This document shows, one piece after another, positions 13,662 through 27,568 of a stretch of DNA of 64,000 nucleotides (the stretch's first letter is position 1; every line of letters starts with the position of its first letter). The translations under genes and the position numbers were made by a program. The stretch spans positions 124,001-188,000 of the forward strand of contig OX597837.1 in NCBI GenBank assembly GCA_951406725.2, read 5' to 3'. Origin of the DNA: Octopus vulgaris. Lineage: Eukaryota. The notes under the pieces were generated by a model that made no database searches, had not been told where the DNA came from, and saw only the letters and a program-made list of their open reading frames with translations.

Positions 13662-14825
13662 ATCTGTATATATATAGTAGAAATATGTTACGAAAAGAAA
13701 ATATAAAATACATATGGAAATGTATGGGTAAAATATGAAAAATCAACGAAAATGCACATTGCAAATAAAAAAAGGCTATTTATGACAGGTAACGACAAAT
13801 ATATATACATTTAGATTGACTGAGGTAGTAATAAAAGTTATAAAAGTCATTATTATGAGATGATTATAAGATGATAATAAAGTAAGAAAACAAAGCGAAC
13901 GAATATATATATATATATATATATATTATATACATATTAGAGAGAAACCACTATGTGGACACCCTTATGCTAGAAATAGATCCGCTATTGTCTTACCACT
14001 AAGAAATGTTCTCAAGAAAAATTTAGCAAAACCAAAACGTAATCGAGCAAGACAAAAGAAAAAGCAATAAAAATATGGATTATTCGCATACATGTTTCAG
14101 TATTACCATATTACGTAAGTTTACTTGCATAAATGTCCGTAGATCATCGGTGCGACCGTCCAGATGAATATAATTTGCAGGACTGCATACTCGGACGTCC
14201 GCACAAAGTCAGACCTGTAAACAGTTCTACCCATTACACTCGTGATTACTATTTCAAATGTCCTCGTTTTGGCGTGCTAAATTACCGGAAAAACTGATGC
14301 TGCAGATAATACTTTACTGCAGCGGCCTTTGCCGGTTAGGGAACGTATTAATTTAAATTTAAAATGAGGGTGAGAAATTAGATATTAATTTAATTAACAT
14401 CGATTCACACCAATGGTCAGTTTTTTTTATATGCTATTTATTTCATTGGTTAGCTTAGATCACATGGTCTCGCTATATAGTTCACGGCTTTTGAAGATTT
14501 CCGTTCTAAGGGAAACAACCCACTTTGAATATCTGGTTTTTATTTTACGTTTTACTAGATTGGTCTCATTCTAAAATCATTTTAGTCCAGTGAAGAACGA
14601 TTGATTCTCCAACATTTCCTCAGAATTTTGTTTTGTATTAGTTTTTATTCGGTTTCTAAATGGAAAGTTATTCAGGACATGGATGTATTGAAAGTAATGC
14701 CACGGCCATGCTAGACTGTCACTACGAGTGTAATGGAGAACGTAAGAAAATTTTGATTAGTTTAAGACGTTTTTAAATGGTTCATGAAGACAGACAGTGG
14801 TAATGGAATAGATGTGTCAATCTTT

Positions 14826-15036
14826 CTTCCTTCCTTCCATCCATCCATTCATCCATCCATCCATCCATCCATCCATCCATCCATCCATCCATACATCCTT
14901 CCACCCATCCATCCATCCATCCATCCATCCATCCATCTATCCAACCATCCACCCATCCACCCATCCATCCATCCATCCATCCATCCATCCATCCATCCAT
15001 CCATCCATTCATCCACCCACCCACCCATTCATCCAT
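14826..15036. repeat. (CCAT)n tetranucleotide microsatellite
   Basis: Direct inspection. Confidence 0.95.
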
Positions 15037-15253
15037 TTCTTCTTAGTTTCTTTTTTCTGTTTTTTTCTCAATTTCTATTTCTGTCTTTATCCCTAAAACA
15101 GTGGAATAGAGAGAAACAAAGAATGAGAGACACAAATCGTGTGTCATAAAAAGAGGGAGGGAGGGAGGTAAGTGATGGTAATGATGATGATGGTGGCACG
15201 TTTCTGAAACGTCAAACCCTCTACCTCTTTTCTTCCTTCACTCTCTCTCTAAT

Positions 15254-15300
<47 letters not shown>

Positions 15301-16569
15301 CCTCTCTCTCTCTCTTTGTCTCCTGCACTCTCTCTCTCTGGAAAAGTAGATAAAAGAATGACCTACATACATAAGGAGAAAGATAAAGATAAAAAGAGTG
15401 GGAGGTGATGATGGTAAGGGAGATTGAGTTTTGAAAGCTGGATAACACTTCTTGGAATCAACAGCTATAAGGTGTATTTTACCTCAAAATCTTCGCCCAG
15501 CCTATACAATCTGGAGCAAAACAGACTGCGGTAATGTTTTATTGCAACGTTCTCTTGTATTAAGCGAAAGCAAATTTCTTATGTAAAACATACTGTTGGA
15601 GAAGATTAAAGACTTAAAGTTAAAGCAACATTAGATAACACATACACAGAGTTAAACAAAATTAAAAACACATTCAAAGAATCAAAGAAACATTTCGTTA
15701 CAAACAACTTTTCGAGTGGCCGTCTAAGAAATTTCAGTCGAACTAATTCTGCTCAAATTGTCACGTGGGTTTTCTCCCTATTACACTTTAGATAATTCAT
15801 TGTCAGTTTTCATTAGAACTTTTCTAAGATATATGTTAGTTCCAAACAAAAAATATAATTCCATTATTCGTTTAATAGCGAACAAAATACAATTTAATAA
15901 TCAGTTAATTAATTCTCTCTCTCTCTCTCTCTCTAGTTCCCTCGCTCTCTTTCACTAGCTCTCTCTCTCTCTCTTTATATATATATATATATATGAACTG
16001 TATGTGTGTATGTATGTATGTGCGTGTGTGTGTGTTTGTGCCTGAAAAGTATGCAGCCTAGTGGTTTCGAGTGCTGAATTAACGGTCATCAGTGTGTTTG
16101 TTTCCTGAACTAAGAGTTGTGTCGTGTCTTTGAGCAAGACACTTCATCTGACGTTGCTCAATTCTTCTCAATTGGAAATGATCACCAATTAACTGCTCTG
16201 CTGGTGCAGCTCTCTCTCTCTCCTCTCTCCCAGTTTCTCTTACGTACACTATACATACATACATATATACATGTATACACGTATACACACAGACTCATAC
16301 ACATACACTCTCCACCATATATTTTCACAATTCTACCTGTTATTGAAAGTGAAAAATGACCTTTATCTTTACATTTTCACAAAGAGTATATATTTTCTTC
16401 CCCAGAATTATCAGACACACCCCGATGCGAGGTGGCGGCAGTTGAAAGCACAAGAGAAGGCACGAAATTAGATACATGGATTCTAAAAAAAAATTAAAAC
16501 CAGTTAAAAAACGGAATTCCTCCATCAAGAAAAAATTGGAAAATAACCTTTTTATTTAGTTTATGTGTG

Positions 16570-16800
16570 AAGGCGCGTGGCTTAGCGGTCAGGGTGTTGG
16601 GCTCATGACCGTAGGTTTGTGGTTTCGATTCCTGGACCGGGCGACGTGTTGTGTTCTGGAGCAAAACACTTCATTTCACGTTGCTCCAGTCCACTCAGCT
16701 GGCAAAAAGGAGGAATTTATACGCCACAGGTGAGAAATCTATACGCCACTGAAACCGGGAAACTGGCCCTTATAAGCCTGGCATGGCTCCAGAAGGAAAC
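16570..16800 (+). mobile_element. CORE-type SINE family B, near full length
   Basis: Head aggcgcgtggcttagcggtcagggtgttgggctcatgacc (box A) and ggtttcgattcc (box B), CORE-like segment, followed by (CTT)n. Confidence 0.85.
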
Positions 16801-16831
<31 letters not shown>

Positions 16832-17086
16832 CTTCTTCTTCTTCTTCTTCTTCTTCTTCTTCTTCTTCTTCTTCTTCTTCTTCTTCTTCTTCTTCTTCTT
16901 CTTCGTTTATGCATCACATTATATTAAAAGATGAAATTCTACATAAGTACTTTTCTGACTAAGAAGTTTGTTTCTTAGCCACATATTTCCGGGTTAAGTG
17001 TCATTGCATGGCGCCTTGGGCAAATGTCTTCTACAACAGCCCAAAGTTTGCTCGACAGTCTGTCTGTCTGTCTCTCACTCTCTCTT

Positions 17087-17185
<99 letters not shown>

Positions 17186-17337
17186 TTATATAGTGAACAA
17201 TGAGATCCAGAGATTCTTGGTATAGAAAACACTTAGTAGCGCTCAAATGATTCGAACTTAGATTCCGATGTCTTTATTTCCCTGTTTCTTATGAAAAAAT
17301 AAAATTTTCCTATGTACGGTGGCTTTTGAATCACTCT

Positions 17338-17370
<33 letters not shown>

Positions 17371-17469
17371 TATATAGATATATAGATATATGCTTTCTAT
17401 ATCAAACCCAAGCAGTTATACTTAATTTGTTTATCCACATAATTGCCTCTCTGTCTGTTTGTCTGTCTA

Positions 17470-17522
<53 letters not shown>

Positions 17523-17523
17523 A

Positions 17524-17575
<52 letters not shown>

Positions 17576-17629
17576 TATTAATGCATATATGTATAGAATA
17601 AAAAAGGATGAAGTCCTTCGCGTGTTATG

Positions 17630-17820
17630 TAGACTCATACCGTTGGTTTCCTGGTTTTAGTGACGTATATATTCCTCCCTGGACGGAATGCGATCCGTCT
17701 CAGGATTAATTCATTTTTGCCTGTTGCATGGACAGGAGCAACGTGAAATAAATTGTTTTGTTAAAGGACACAAGGCACAGCCGATTCCGGGATTCGAAAT
17801 CACAATATTATGATTACACC
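17630..17820 (-). mobile_element. SINE family B, diverged
   Basis: catttttgcctgttgcatggacaggagcaacgtgaaat..ccgggattcgaaatcacaat. Confidence 0.7.
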
Positions 17821-18089
17821 CTCCCCACCACACATATATACAACAGGCTTATTTCAGTTTCCTCTCTTCCAAGTCTACTCACAAGGCTTTTTTGGGCCCG
17901 AGAAGCAGAAGATGCTTTGCCACGCTATGAGAATGAACTTGAAATCATTTAGTTGGGAAGCAAGCATCCTACAACACCACTACGCCTGCGCATATATATG
18001 AATGTACTCTTTTATTCTTTTTTACTTTTATTTGTTTTAGTCAAACACAGACACAGACACAGACACAGACACACACACACATACACATA

Positions 18090-18242
18090 TGACTTGCTTC
18101 TTTCAGTTTCCACTCACAAGGCTTTGGTCGGCCCGTGGCTATAGTAGAAGACACTTGCCCAAGGTGCCCCACAGTGAGACTGAATGTGGGATCATGTGGT
18201 TGGTAAGCAAGCTACTTACTACGCAGTCACTCCTGCGCCTAT
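18090..18242 (-). mobile_element. tRNA-derived CORE-type SINE, family C
   Basis: cactcacaaggctttggtcggcccgtggctatagtagaagacacttgcccaaggtgcc; related copies at ~17860-17992 (-), 21390-21482 (-) and 16965-17045 (+). Confidence 0.8.
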
Positions 18243-18247
18243 GTATG

Positions 18248-18336
<89 letters not shown>

Positions 18337-18337
<1 letters not shown>

Positions 18338-18545
18338 AAGTTAATCCAAACAAGAAAACAAAAAGACAACAACGCAAGGATGTGGAACAAATAAAGTATT
18401 ATTGGACGCTCAGGAAAGAAGGGAAGAAGGAGGGTTTGACGTTTCGAAACATAGGAGAAAGAAAGATCCCGAGACGGGAGGACAGAGGAAAAAAAAATTG
18501 CAAGTGGTATTCACGAGGTCACTTACTAAAAAGACGGAAAGTGTA
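18337..18545 (-). mobile_element. Penelope-like pLTR fragment in (TA)n, hammerhead core deleted
   Basis: Near-identical to 33595-33803 but lacking 18 nt spanning the hammerhead core and stem II. Confidence 0.65.
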
Positions 18546-19263
18546 TATATATATATTTATATACATGACCGATGGGGGAGATAATAAAAGCGGAAGGAAA
18601 TAGAGTGACGAAGCTCATTCATCCAACCAAGCGTCTCTGCCCGCACCTTACCGTTCCTTTAGCCATCCATTCATCCATTTGACCATCCGTTTATCCACCC
18701 ATGGTATCTAAACAGCTATCAGTCAATCATAACAGACATAAATACACACAGACAAAGGGGGACTAAGTGCTGGAAGGGTGGACAGAGGGAGAAAGGGAGA
18801 GAGAGAGATGGAGAGAAAGTGAGAGTGATAGGGAGATAAATAGAAAGGGAGAACGATTAGAAGTTGTAATCAGATCAAATAATAATTTTGCTGACATTAA
18901 CCTTCCATTTGCAGACGACACCACTATAAAACAAATAAATTTTAAACAAACACCAACAAAGCAAAAACAAGAAAATAATAAAGTAAAAAAATACAGAAAG
19001 AAAAAAGCAAAAAAAGAAAAAAAGAAAAAACTGAAGAAAAAGGCAAATTTGTTATGAATATTAATGAGGGAATAAAAATTAATTTTTATGAAGTGATAAT
19101 TCGAGTGAATTTAAATGAAGTGAAGAATCAGTGCTGATTAAAGAGGATTGTAATCTTTTGGGATTATATTTTATTGAGCAGTTTCGATCAACCGAGGTCA
19201 AAAACGTTCAAAACCGTTGCGTTTCATAGACATTTATTTTTCATCATCACCATCATCATGAAC

Positions 19264-19302
<39 letters not shown>

Positions 19303-20129
19303 GCGATTATTGTGGTTATTGTTATTTTGAAAACAAGAATATCTGAATATAATTCATAAAAAAAAACAGACAAGCTCAACACAAAAAGAAATAATGAAAT
19401 AATGAAATAATAACGATAAAAAAAATCTCACATGGACAAACAGTGCAATAAATTTTTTTCCCCAGTATGTGACTGGTATTTAATTATGTCATTTCTATGT
19501 TTCCCCCCCCCCCCCATCTTTTTCATATCGTTTCGAATTGGTAGAGACGTTCGAGAAGCAGGCGAAAAAAGATGTTGCAGTGTTTGTTCTTATGATATGA
19601 GTTCAAATTACGCCAAAGTCAACTTTATTTTCCCTCATTCTGGGTCGATAAAATAAAGATCTAGTTTGGGAAAAATTATCGATTCCAAGTATTGAATAGT
19701 ACATTTGATTATTTTGTTGTTTTGTTGGATATTAGAATCTTAAGAATAATAATTTATTAAAGGATAAACAACACAAAACAAAAATAAATGTAAAATTAAA
19801 TTATTATTAATAATAATTTCTTTTATTTGCTTTACTCGTGACACACGATGAGGGTAAATTATAAAATTGAAGAGAGAGTTGAGGGTGATTGTATAGGATC
19901 GATTTCCACCCACACCAAAAAAAAAGAAAAGAAAACAAATCACGCCATAAAACCAATAAAAATAAATAAAAATTGAAAATAATAATATAAAGAAATAAAA
20001 TGAGACGCCTCGGTGATAGCAGCGCCTCCTAGAACTGTATGGTTATTGTAAGAATACAGACGTTCCTTGTGGTCGAATGGAAACTGAATCAATATTTGAA
20101 GATCAAACATTAATAAATCAAGAAAGTGA

Positions 20130-21250
20130 AGAATGTGTTTGTCCCCTTTATCCAACCTTTCAAGGATGTCTTTCTGTCCACTTCCGGGTGACCACCATGT
20201 CTCAAGCATCATCCCAGTCGCTTATCTCTCTGAAGTCTGGACCGAACTAGAACCCAAACATTTTAACAGAGCCATCGTTTCAATGACCCTCGACAATGTC
20301 CACCATCGACCTTGACCCCACCAGATAGCAAGCTGCATCTCCATTTTATTTTGTTCCCCTGTTACGACTCCCAAACACGACTTCAGTGTGAGGGACCCAC
20401 ATTTATGTCATGTCCGCGAAGCTGTTGGCGTGTCTCGCCACGACCTTCCTGTGTAAGTTCAAATGTAAATCCTCTAAAAACCTGTAACTCATACAGTTAT
20501 AGGCCAAGAGCCAAAAACATACGTTGTGGTGCACCTGAGCACTGTATACAATAATTTCATTATTATACAAGAAGATGAAATGGGACACCCAAGACTTAAC
20601 AAACATGTAAAATGAAACAGATTCGAGCGGTGGTCATTTATTTTAACCTACGAGCATTTACTGTTGTACAGTGAGGGAATCTAGTTTCCTATCAACCACC
20701 AGGTACTAATGGTCGACCCTATTGCAAGGTTTGAATTCATCCAAGTGTATCGGAGCCTCATTAAAGTCAGATTACCCTCACTGTTTACGATGTACCGTAT
20801 GTAGCGGAAGTTTCCGTGGATGGCATTTCACGTTTTCGACCACATTCCTGGTGGCCAGCATCAATATCTTTCTGAATATCCTGGTCCAACTCTTAAACTC
20901 TGGTTCAACACGTCTGTGGGCCGCAAAGTTTCGATGTTGTTTCACATTTTTGCATATTTCGTCAGCAGTATCATTACATTCTGGTAACACAATTGTTAAC
21001 ATTCCCAGTCTACTGCCTGTTGCGATATATGTCTACCAAGAGAGGATCAAACAAACTGTCGTTTATCTAATAAACCTTACAGAGCAGATCTTTCAATCCG
21101 GCCAATTTTCTCACAACAAAATCACTCACTTCCAATCTTGTCCCATCTGCAGTTATTGTCTTTTTTCCCCACAAGAGTTAATTTTTTCTGTGGAGAGTAA
21201 TGACAGTCACTATCCAAAAACAGTTGGGCCATGTTGGGGCCAAATTTAGA
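20130..21250 (-). mobile_element. Decayed Tx1/L1-like ORF2 reverse transcriptase region
   Basis: Manual translation remnants in the expected order: PITAD..KLAGLKDL, RKILMLA..VVENV, LDEFKPCNRVDH*YL (D-KAFDRVDH-like), SFADM (YADD-like), VKMFGF*FGPD. Confidence 0.6.
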
Positions 21251-21269
21251 AGTACTTAACTTTTCTTTT

Positions 21270-21390
21270 ACTAAGCCTGGTACTTATTCTATCGGTTTCT
21301 TTTGCTGAACAGTTAAGATTCTGGGACGTAAACATACCAACACCGGTTGTCAAGCGATGGTGAGGGGAAAATACACACACACACACATAC
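21270..21390 (-). mobile_element. SINE family D fragment
   Basis: aagcctggtacttattctatcggtttcttttgc matches the reverse complement of 42633-42665. Confidence 0.65.
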
Positions 21391-21620
21391 GGCGTCCTTC
21401 TTCCAACTTCTGTCTACCAAATCCACTCGCAAGGTTTTAGTCGGGCCACGGCTATCATGGAAGACACTTGCCCAAGGTGCCTGTATGTTGTATACGCATT
21501 AATCGCATTCCACCGTCTTTTTTATTTCTTCATCCTCATCTTTTTTTAAATCCCCACACAAATTGTGTTGTCTGTCCTTGTGATGTCCCACTGATTCATG
21601 CCCCTGTGGCTAATAAAAAA

Positions 21621-21676
<56 letters not shown>

Positions 21677-21694
21677 CATTATTATTATTATTAT

Positions 21695-21910
21695 TAAGGT
21701 GGCGGGCTGGCCGAGTCGTTAGCACGCTGTACGAAATGTTTAGCAGTATTTCGTCTGTTACTACGTCCTGAGTTCAAATTCCGCCGAGTTCGACTTTGCC
21801 TTTCATCCTTTCGGAGTTAATAAAATAAGTACCATTTGCGTACTGGAGTCGATGTAATCGACAAGTACCCCCCCCCCCCAATTCAGGCCTTGTGCCTCCA
21901 GCAGAAAGGA
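21695..21910 (+). mobile_element. SINE family A, full length between (ATT)n arrays
   Basis: Head aaggtggcgggctggc, core and tail ggccttgtgcct..agaaaggattatt. Confidence 0.85.
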
Positions 21911-22484
21911 TTATTATTATTATTATTATTAGTGTTTTTGCTATCATTTGCTAGTAACGTTGTTGTCGGTGGTGGTGGTCATTCTATTGTTGAAATATGT
22001 GTTGTTACTTTTGGAGTTGTTGCTGTATGTTGTTATTTTCGTTGTTCTGGCTATCTTCTGTTACCACGATGATTCTGCTGTCATTGTCATCGTTCTTCTT
22101 GTTCTATTTGTGATTGTTGCCGTCGTTGCTGCTGTTGTGATCGTTGTTGTTCTTAGAATCGTTATTACAGTTATAGCTGCAGTTGTTGTTGTTCTTCTTC
22201 TTCCAATCTGGACTCACGCCATTAGCTACAAGGAATAATCTCTGATTCGAGCCTACTCTAAGCTTCTAAGAATGCGTGCGGTAACTTAAGATCCGCCCAC
22301 CACACGCGATAGACTGGCGGTTGCACGGGCGCGAGAGCTACGTTGTTATCCTCATTCCGTAAACGGTGGCTTTTAACGGGTGGAGAGCTGAACCATCCTG
22401 GGGTACAGAGGATTCGCAATCTAGACTAGGGTCTGAAAGTTTACCACACCATAGTGGGTTACACCATGGTTCCTCTGCTTTGTA

Positions 22485-22680
22485 GCAAAAGTAGGAAGAA
22501 AAGAGTGAGAGAAAGTTGTGGTAAAAGAGTACAGCAGGGGTCATCCCCCTCCCACCGGAGCGTCGTGGAGCCTAGGCGTTTTTGCTCAATAAACACTCAC
22601 AATGCCCGGTCTGGGAATCGAAACTGTGTTCTTACGACCGCGAGTCCGCTGCCCTAACCACTGGGCCATTGCGCCCCCAC
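22485..22680 (-). mobile_element. tRNA-derived SINE (B-related head)
   Basis: Reverse complement GGCGCAATGGCCCAGTGGTTAGGGCAGCGGACTCGCGGTCG..GTTTCGATTCCCAGACCGGGC contains A and B boxes. Confidence 0.75.
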
Positions 22681-23280
22681 AGTTGCTGTTGTCTTTTGCC
22701 TTCGCTACTTTCTGCAGCCATAGACAAAAGCGGTCTGGCAGATTCCAGTCTTCTAGTTTTGCTGCTGCAACCCCATGTGGGAGGGAAGTATTGGTTTCGG
22801 TTCCCTGTGACTGGAATGTAGACATTTTACTTGGTCTACCAGCTATATTTGTGAGCTTGTTGAGGCATTTCAGTCCCAACACATGAGGGCCTCGAGAGGC
22901 AGGGAATCCTGCCTTATTTTTCTTTTTATCCCAGACTGCTATCAGTGTTCGTTATTTTGGAAATGTTCTTCGCAATTCTAATCAGTCAGCAGCTGAAGAC
23001 ACAGAAATACAATTACAGTCCAGCTGTAGAGCTGATACCTTCTTTCAAAATAAGTTTAAAATCTTGAAAAATCTGCGATTTTCTGTATTTAATTTTTTAA
23101 TTCAAATATCAAACATCTGCTCTCTTTTTTTTAAATCACAACAACACTCTTAAACGCCTCCTGCTATCTAACTTAAACGTCGTTTTAAATAAATTCAGAA
23201 TCTGTGACTCACTCTGAGTATAAAATTTCTCTATCTGTGTGTATATCCCAGAGTATGGTTGCTTTCTCGTTTTCTGGGAC

Positions 23281-23315
<35 letters not shown>

Positions 23316-23317
23316 CA

Positions 23318-23390
<73 letters not shown>

Positions 23391-23401
23391 CATCATCATC
23401 A

Positions 23402-25045
23402 TCTATATATATAAGACTGAGAATGTGTGTCTGTCTGTCTGTGTGTTTCCCTAAAACACAACCAATTTCATTCAAATTTTACATATGCCTTAATTAAGGT
23501 CCATGTAATTTCATGGGCAAAAAAATGTTCAATTTCTTGCCTAGGGCGAGCCCATAGCAATATCATATCTTCTCTACTATTTCAGTATTACCTGTTAAAA
23601 GTGAAACAAAAACATTTCTCTATTTTATGTCAGATACTTTAACTTTAACAATAAAAATTAGAGAAAATTAAAACAATTGAATTATATGTAGTAAGTAATA
23701 ATTAAAATCAAACAAAAGTATAATATAATAATTAAATCGTAACATAACAAAAGTAAAAATAGCAATTGGTATAAAATTGCATCAATGACTTGAACTTGAA
23801 TAAGTGGTTTCACATGAATGGGAATAAATTAAAAATAAAATTAGTGTGCAGAAGTGGAATAGTCCAAATGGAGCTGTGCACATACCTTTTACCACGACTT
23901 TTACATTAGATTATCTGCTAATTAGCTAGCATTAAGTATCTATATGAAGTTTGGCTGTATGTAATGTTTGTTTTCTCGAACAGCCGCTTCTACTGAGTAC
24001 TGCTGTTGGTGTATTTCTTATACATAAAGGACTATAGCTTCAACTGCGTACTGCTTTTTGATTCACCGTAAGGTTTGTTGTTATTATTATTACTGTTTAA
24101 CTATAGTTATCACGTTTGTTGGTTCCTCGAAAGGGAAACGTTGTTGTGTTGCATTTGTTAAATAATTGTAAACCGTAACCCTCCCCCTTTGGGAGAAGGA
24201 GCTTTGGTCATTGTTTAAAAATTGAATTGTGTCCCTATTTGGGGAAATTGACAATATTTTCACCGTTTATACGGAAGTATTTTTGTTAGAATGCCTTCGA
24301 TAGAAGAAAGTCCAGAAATGAATTTCGCTGCAGCCGTCGGCGGGTGCGAACTCATTAAAATTGAAATGGAAGAAATACAAACCTATTTCGGATTGATCAC
24401 CGACAAAGACGGTGAATCTAGGATAACACCACTAAACGAAATAAAAAATAAAATTAAAGAAAAGACTATTGTCTATAAAGTATACAATGTACAGAAAAAA
24501 AAAGACTTGAACACCTGGAGGAAAGCACCATCGAAAAGTGTCTTGGTGCAACTATGAAAGATATCTAACCAGAGGCGGTAAATTCGCCACAATAGAAGCA
24601 AGGTTCGAGTCAACGGAGCGTGCAAGGGATTACTCGACTCGAACCTTGCAAAGTGGAAATATTTTATTTTTACCTTTATATCTGGGACGTAGGACGTCCC
24701 GGATAAAAATTAAAGATGTCCCCCCCCCCAGAAGTAGAGGTAGGCTGGATTGTAGCCACACTTCTATACAAGAGGGAGGACAAGATACAATTGATCGAAA
24801 TTGCAAGAGACGGGCCTACAATTCCAGTCTGTTATATATTTTGAGTATTGTTATCACTAGCGATATCAAGATATAACTTTGTATTTTGTATTTTATGTGT
24901 AGATGTATATATATTATTATACATATGGCGGTGCCCCAGCATGGCCACAGCTCGTGAGCTGAAACTAGATAAAAAAAAAAAAATATAGATGTACATGTAA
25001 TATGCACTAGCACTATGACCCGGCAACGACGGGTCATAATGCTAG
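23402..25045 (+). mobile_element. Non-autonomous Helitron with nested inserts
   Basis: 5' A|TCTATATATATAA plus (TGTC)n; 3' hairpin TATGACCCG-gcaacga-CGGGTCATA then CTAG|T at 25042-25046; no TSD. Pairing of the two ends into one element is inferred. Confidence 0.7.
24291..24810 (+). mobile_element. Tx1/L1-like ORF1 fragment (frameshifted)
   Basis: MPSIEE..KTIVYKVYN then YLTRGGKFATIEARF..LPLYLGRRTSRIKIKDVPP resembles the RRM-type ORF1 of Tx1/L1 elements. Confidence 0.55.
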
Positions 25046-25149
25046 TTATTATTATTTCAATTTTGTTTCCATTTCTTACTGACACCAAGAGCACAGAAAC
25101 TCACTGTATACATTGGTAAGCCATTAAAATAAACACACCAGATTCTTCA

Positions 25150-25560
25150 TTTACAAAGACAAGTTATGTGAAAGTAAAAAAAAAGGTGGGGGGAAGAAAA
25201 AGCAAGAAAAAAGACAGTAAAAAAAATTACATAGGTTGTAATCGTTCTCACAGCAACAATGGAGTTCTGAATGAAGGCTTGCCATCCTTGCTGACACATT
25301 GCAAGGATGGTAAACCAGGGATTATTCTCAAATAACTTTCGGCTCCCTTTTTGATCATTCCAAATGCTCCTACAATCCTTGGTATTGTAACCATCTTGAG
25401 ATGCTACCTTGTTTTCGATTTCAATGATCAAGTCTTTATATTTTCTGAGCTTACCAAGATATTATGAGCACAAGGAGTACTCTTGTCGATCAATAAACAA
25501 ACTTTACTGTTTTGGTCTTTCTCAACAATATCGGGTTTATTAGCTTTGATAATTCTCTCT
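25150..25560 (-). mobile_element. REL-type LINE 3' fragment, decayed
   Basis: Reverse strand KANKPDIVEKD..CLLID..KLRKYKDLIIEIE. Confidence 0.65.
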
Positions 25561-25785
25561 GTACATTTTCTCTCTCAGTTACAGCTTCAGGACGATACTT
25601 GTACCACTTATATAATGCCGACGTATTCTTCTTCTTCTTCTTCTTCTTCTTCTTCTTCTTCTTCTTCTTCTTCTTCTTCTTCTTCTTCTTCTTCTTCTTC
25701 TTCTTCTTCTTCTTCTTCTTCTTCTTCTTCTTCTTCTTCTTCTTCTTCTTCTTCTTCTTCTTCTTCTTCTTCTTCTCATTATTAT

Positions 25786-26140
25786 TCAGTAGTCTTATTT
25801 TCATCACGAGCTTTCACTGCCGAGCGCAGCTCTGTGTGCGTTGGTCATGTGCTGTGGTTTGTTTTGGTGTTGTTACTCTCGCTGTATTGAAAGTGCTCCA
25901 TGCAGGATGTGTGCGGTGCCTAGTAGGGCTATTTTCTGTATGTTATATTCGTAAGACCTGGTTTTTGGCTATGTATTTGTATCCTTTTTAATCATACCTG
26001 ATGCACCTATTATTATAGGGATTGTTTCTGTTTTAGGGTCCACTTTCGAGTCATCTCTATTACAAAATCTTTATATCTTGAGAGTTTCCTTGTCTCTTTT
26101 AGAGATACATCTGTTAAAATTGGTACATCGATTAGAATGC
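25786..26140 (-). mobile_element. Dong-family 3' fragment
   Basis: 3' UTR cagagctgcgctcggcagtgaaagc and ALLGTAHIL, as in 60262-61805. Confidence 0.8.
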
Positions 26141-26159
26141 AGAGTGACGACGTCCTGGG

Positions 26160-26930
26160 GGAACCCTGGGTATAAGGACAGATAAATTAGCTGGTCTTTT
26201 CCGGAGGACTTTCGGGCCGGGACCTATGGATAATTTCCAGAAATCCCTGGCCTGGCAGTGCTACTGGGACGCATAGCCGGTCGAGACAAGCTTGACAGGC
26301 ATGTAAGTGCTGACAGACGGACCTGTCCAAGATGTACGCAGGGCGACGAAACCGTTTTGCATGCACTTGTCCAGTGTCCGGTCATTGCTGACGTGTGGAG
26401 TTTTGTCGAACAGCTCTTGGCACGTGTAGGATAGATCCAGTTATTAGCCGTGTCCATCGTTAAGATCGCTCCAATGACTTCTTTTCATCGAGAAGGGAAG
26501 GTAGTTTTCCTCTGTCTGATGACCATGGCAAAGAGGACAGTGTCGTGGACGAAGTTGAAAGAGTTAAAGACAGATACGCTCCTCTTCGCCCAAGCCCACA
26601 TCGGCTTTTTCAAATTCCACTTGAGAAGGAAAGTGAGGATGGGGAGGGACCAATATTTTTATTGACAGTTGTATGAATGTGATGAGAATGGCCCGCGTGA
26701 ATGGGCTTACTCTAAGCATACGTTTGTAAACCGGAGGAATTGAGGAGAGACGCACCTACTGAAGTGTCCCTGGAAGTCGAGGTAGCTAGGATGTGTGGAG
26801 TTCGTCAGTTGTTTCTGGGTGGAACAACCCCTCCTTTTGGGGAATTTTATTAAGTGTTCTTGCTTCAATTTTATACACAAAGTTTTGTGCTAAACCCTAC
26901 TTGTCCCTTCGGCCCCCTTACGTAAAACAT
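26160..26930 (+). mobile_element. Tx1/L1-like ORF2 3' end with CCHC zinc knuckle
   Basis: CPRCTQGDETVLHALVQCP at 26324-26380, then VWSFVEQLLARV..FFKFHLRRKVR. Confidence 0.8.
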
Positions 26931-26963
26931 CCTCCTCTTCCTCCTCCTCATCATCATCATCAC

Positions 26964-26997
<34 letters not shown>

Positions 26998-27039
26998 GGT
27001 TTGTCTCAGGTTTGGTCTTATTCCCGATAGGATTTATGT

Positions 27040-27451
27040 AGGTAGGGGGTTACTACCTGCAACCTTAGGTATCCACAAGTTTTCAGCTGTCTTTTAAATT
27101 CTGATATCCCTTCCTGTCCCTAAAAGACAAACTATCTGTAGGAGCTCTGCCGGGATTTTTCTATTCCAATCTCCTTCAGCCATTTGCCTCTATCTATGCT
27201 TACTCCTCCCATTATTATAGGAACGAACTTTACTGTTCTCATGCTCCAAATTCTTCAAATTTTCTTTACACTCCTGGAATCAAACGGGTCAATTAGTAAG
27301 TAACATCGCTTTTCCTTATCTAAAGTCGTTATATCTGGTCTATTATTTGCTAACTTCTTGTCCATTTTACATTTCTCCGACTCCAGTACTCTTTAGACCG
27401 ACTCGGTGATTGTATCATGTGTTTCCAGCTTCAAATCTCAAATTCTGGCAC

Positions 27452-27452
<1 letters not shown>
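27040..27452 (-). mobile_element. REL-type LINE 3' fragment of a distinct family
   Basis: Reverse strand NNRPDIT..IDPFD..IWSMRTVKFVPIIMGG..WLKEIGIE..CLLGTGR. Confidence 0.6.
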
Positions 27453-27523
<71 letters not shown>

Positions 27524-27568
27524 GTTATTATTATCATTATTATTATTATTACTATTGTTATTATTATT

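Noticed and set aside
16570-16645. tRNA-like sequences with A and B boxes
   Set aside because: They are SINE heads continuing into SINE bodies; no complete cloverleaf.
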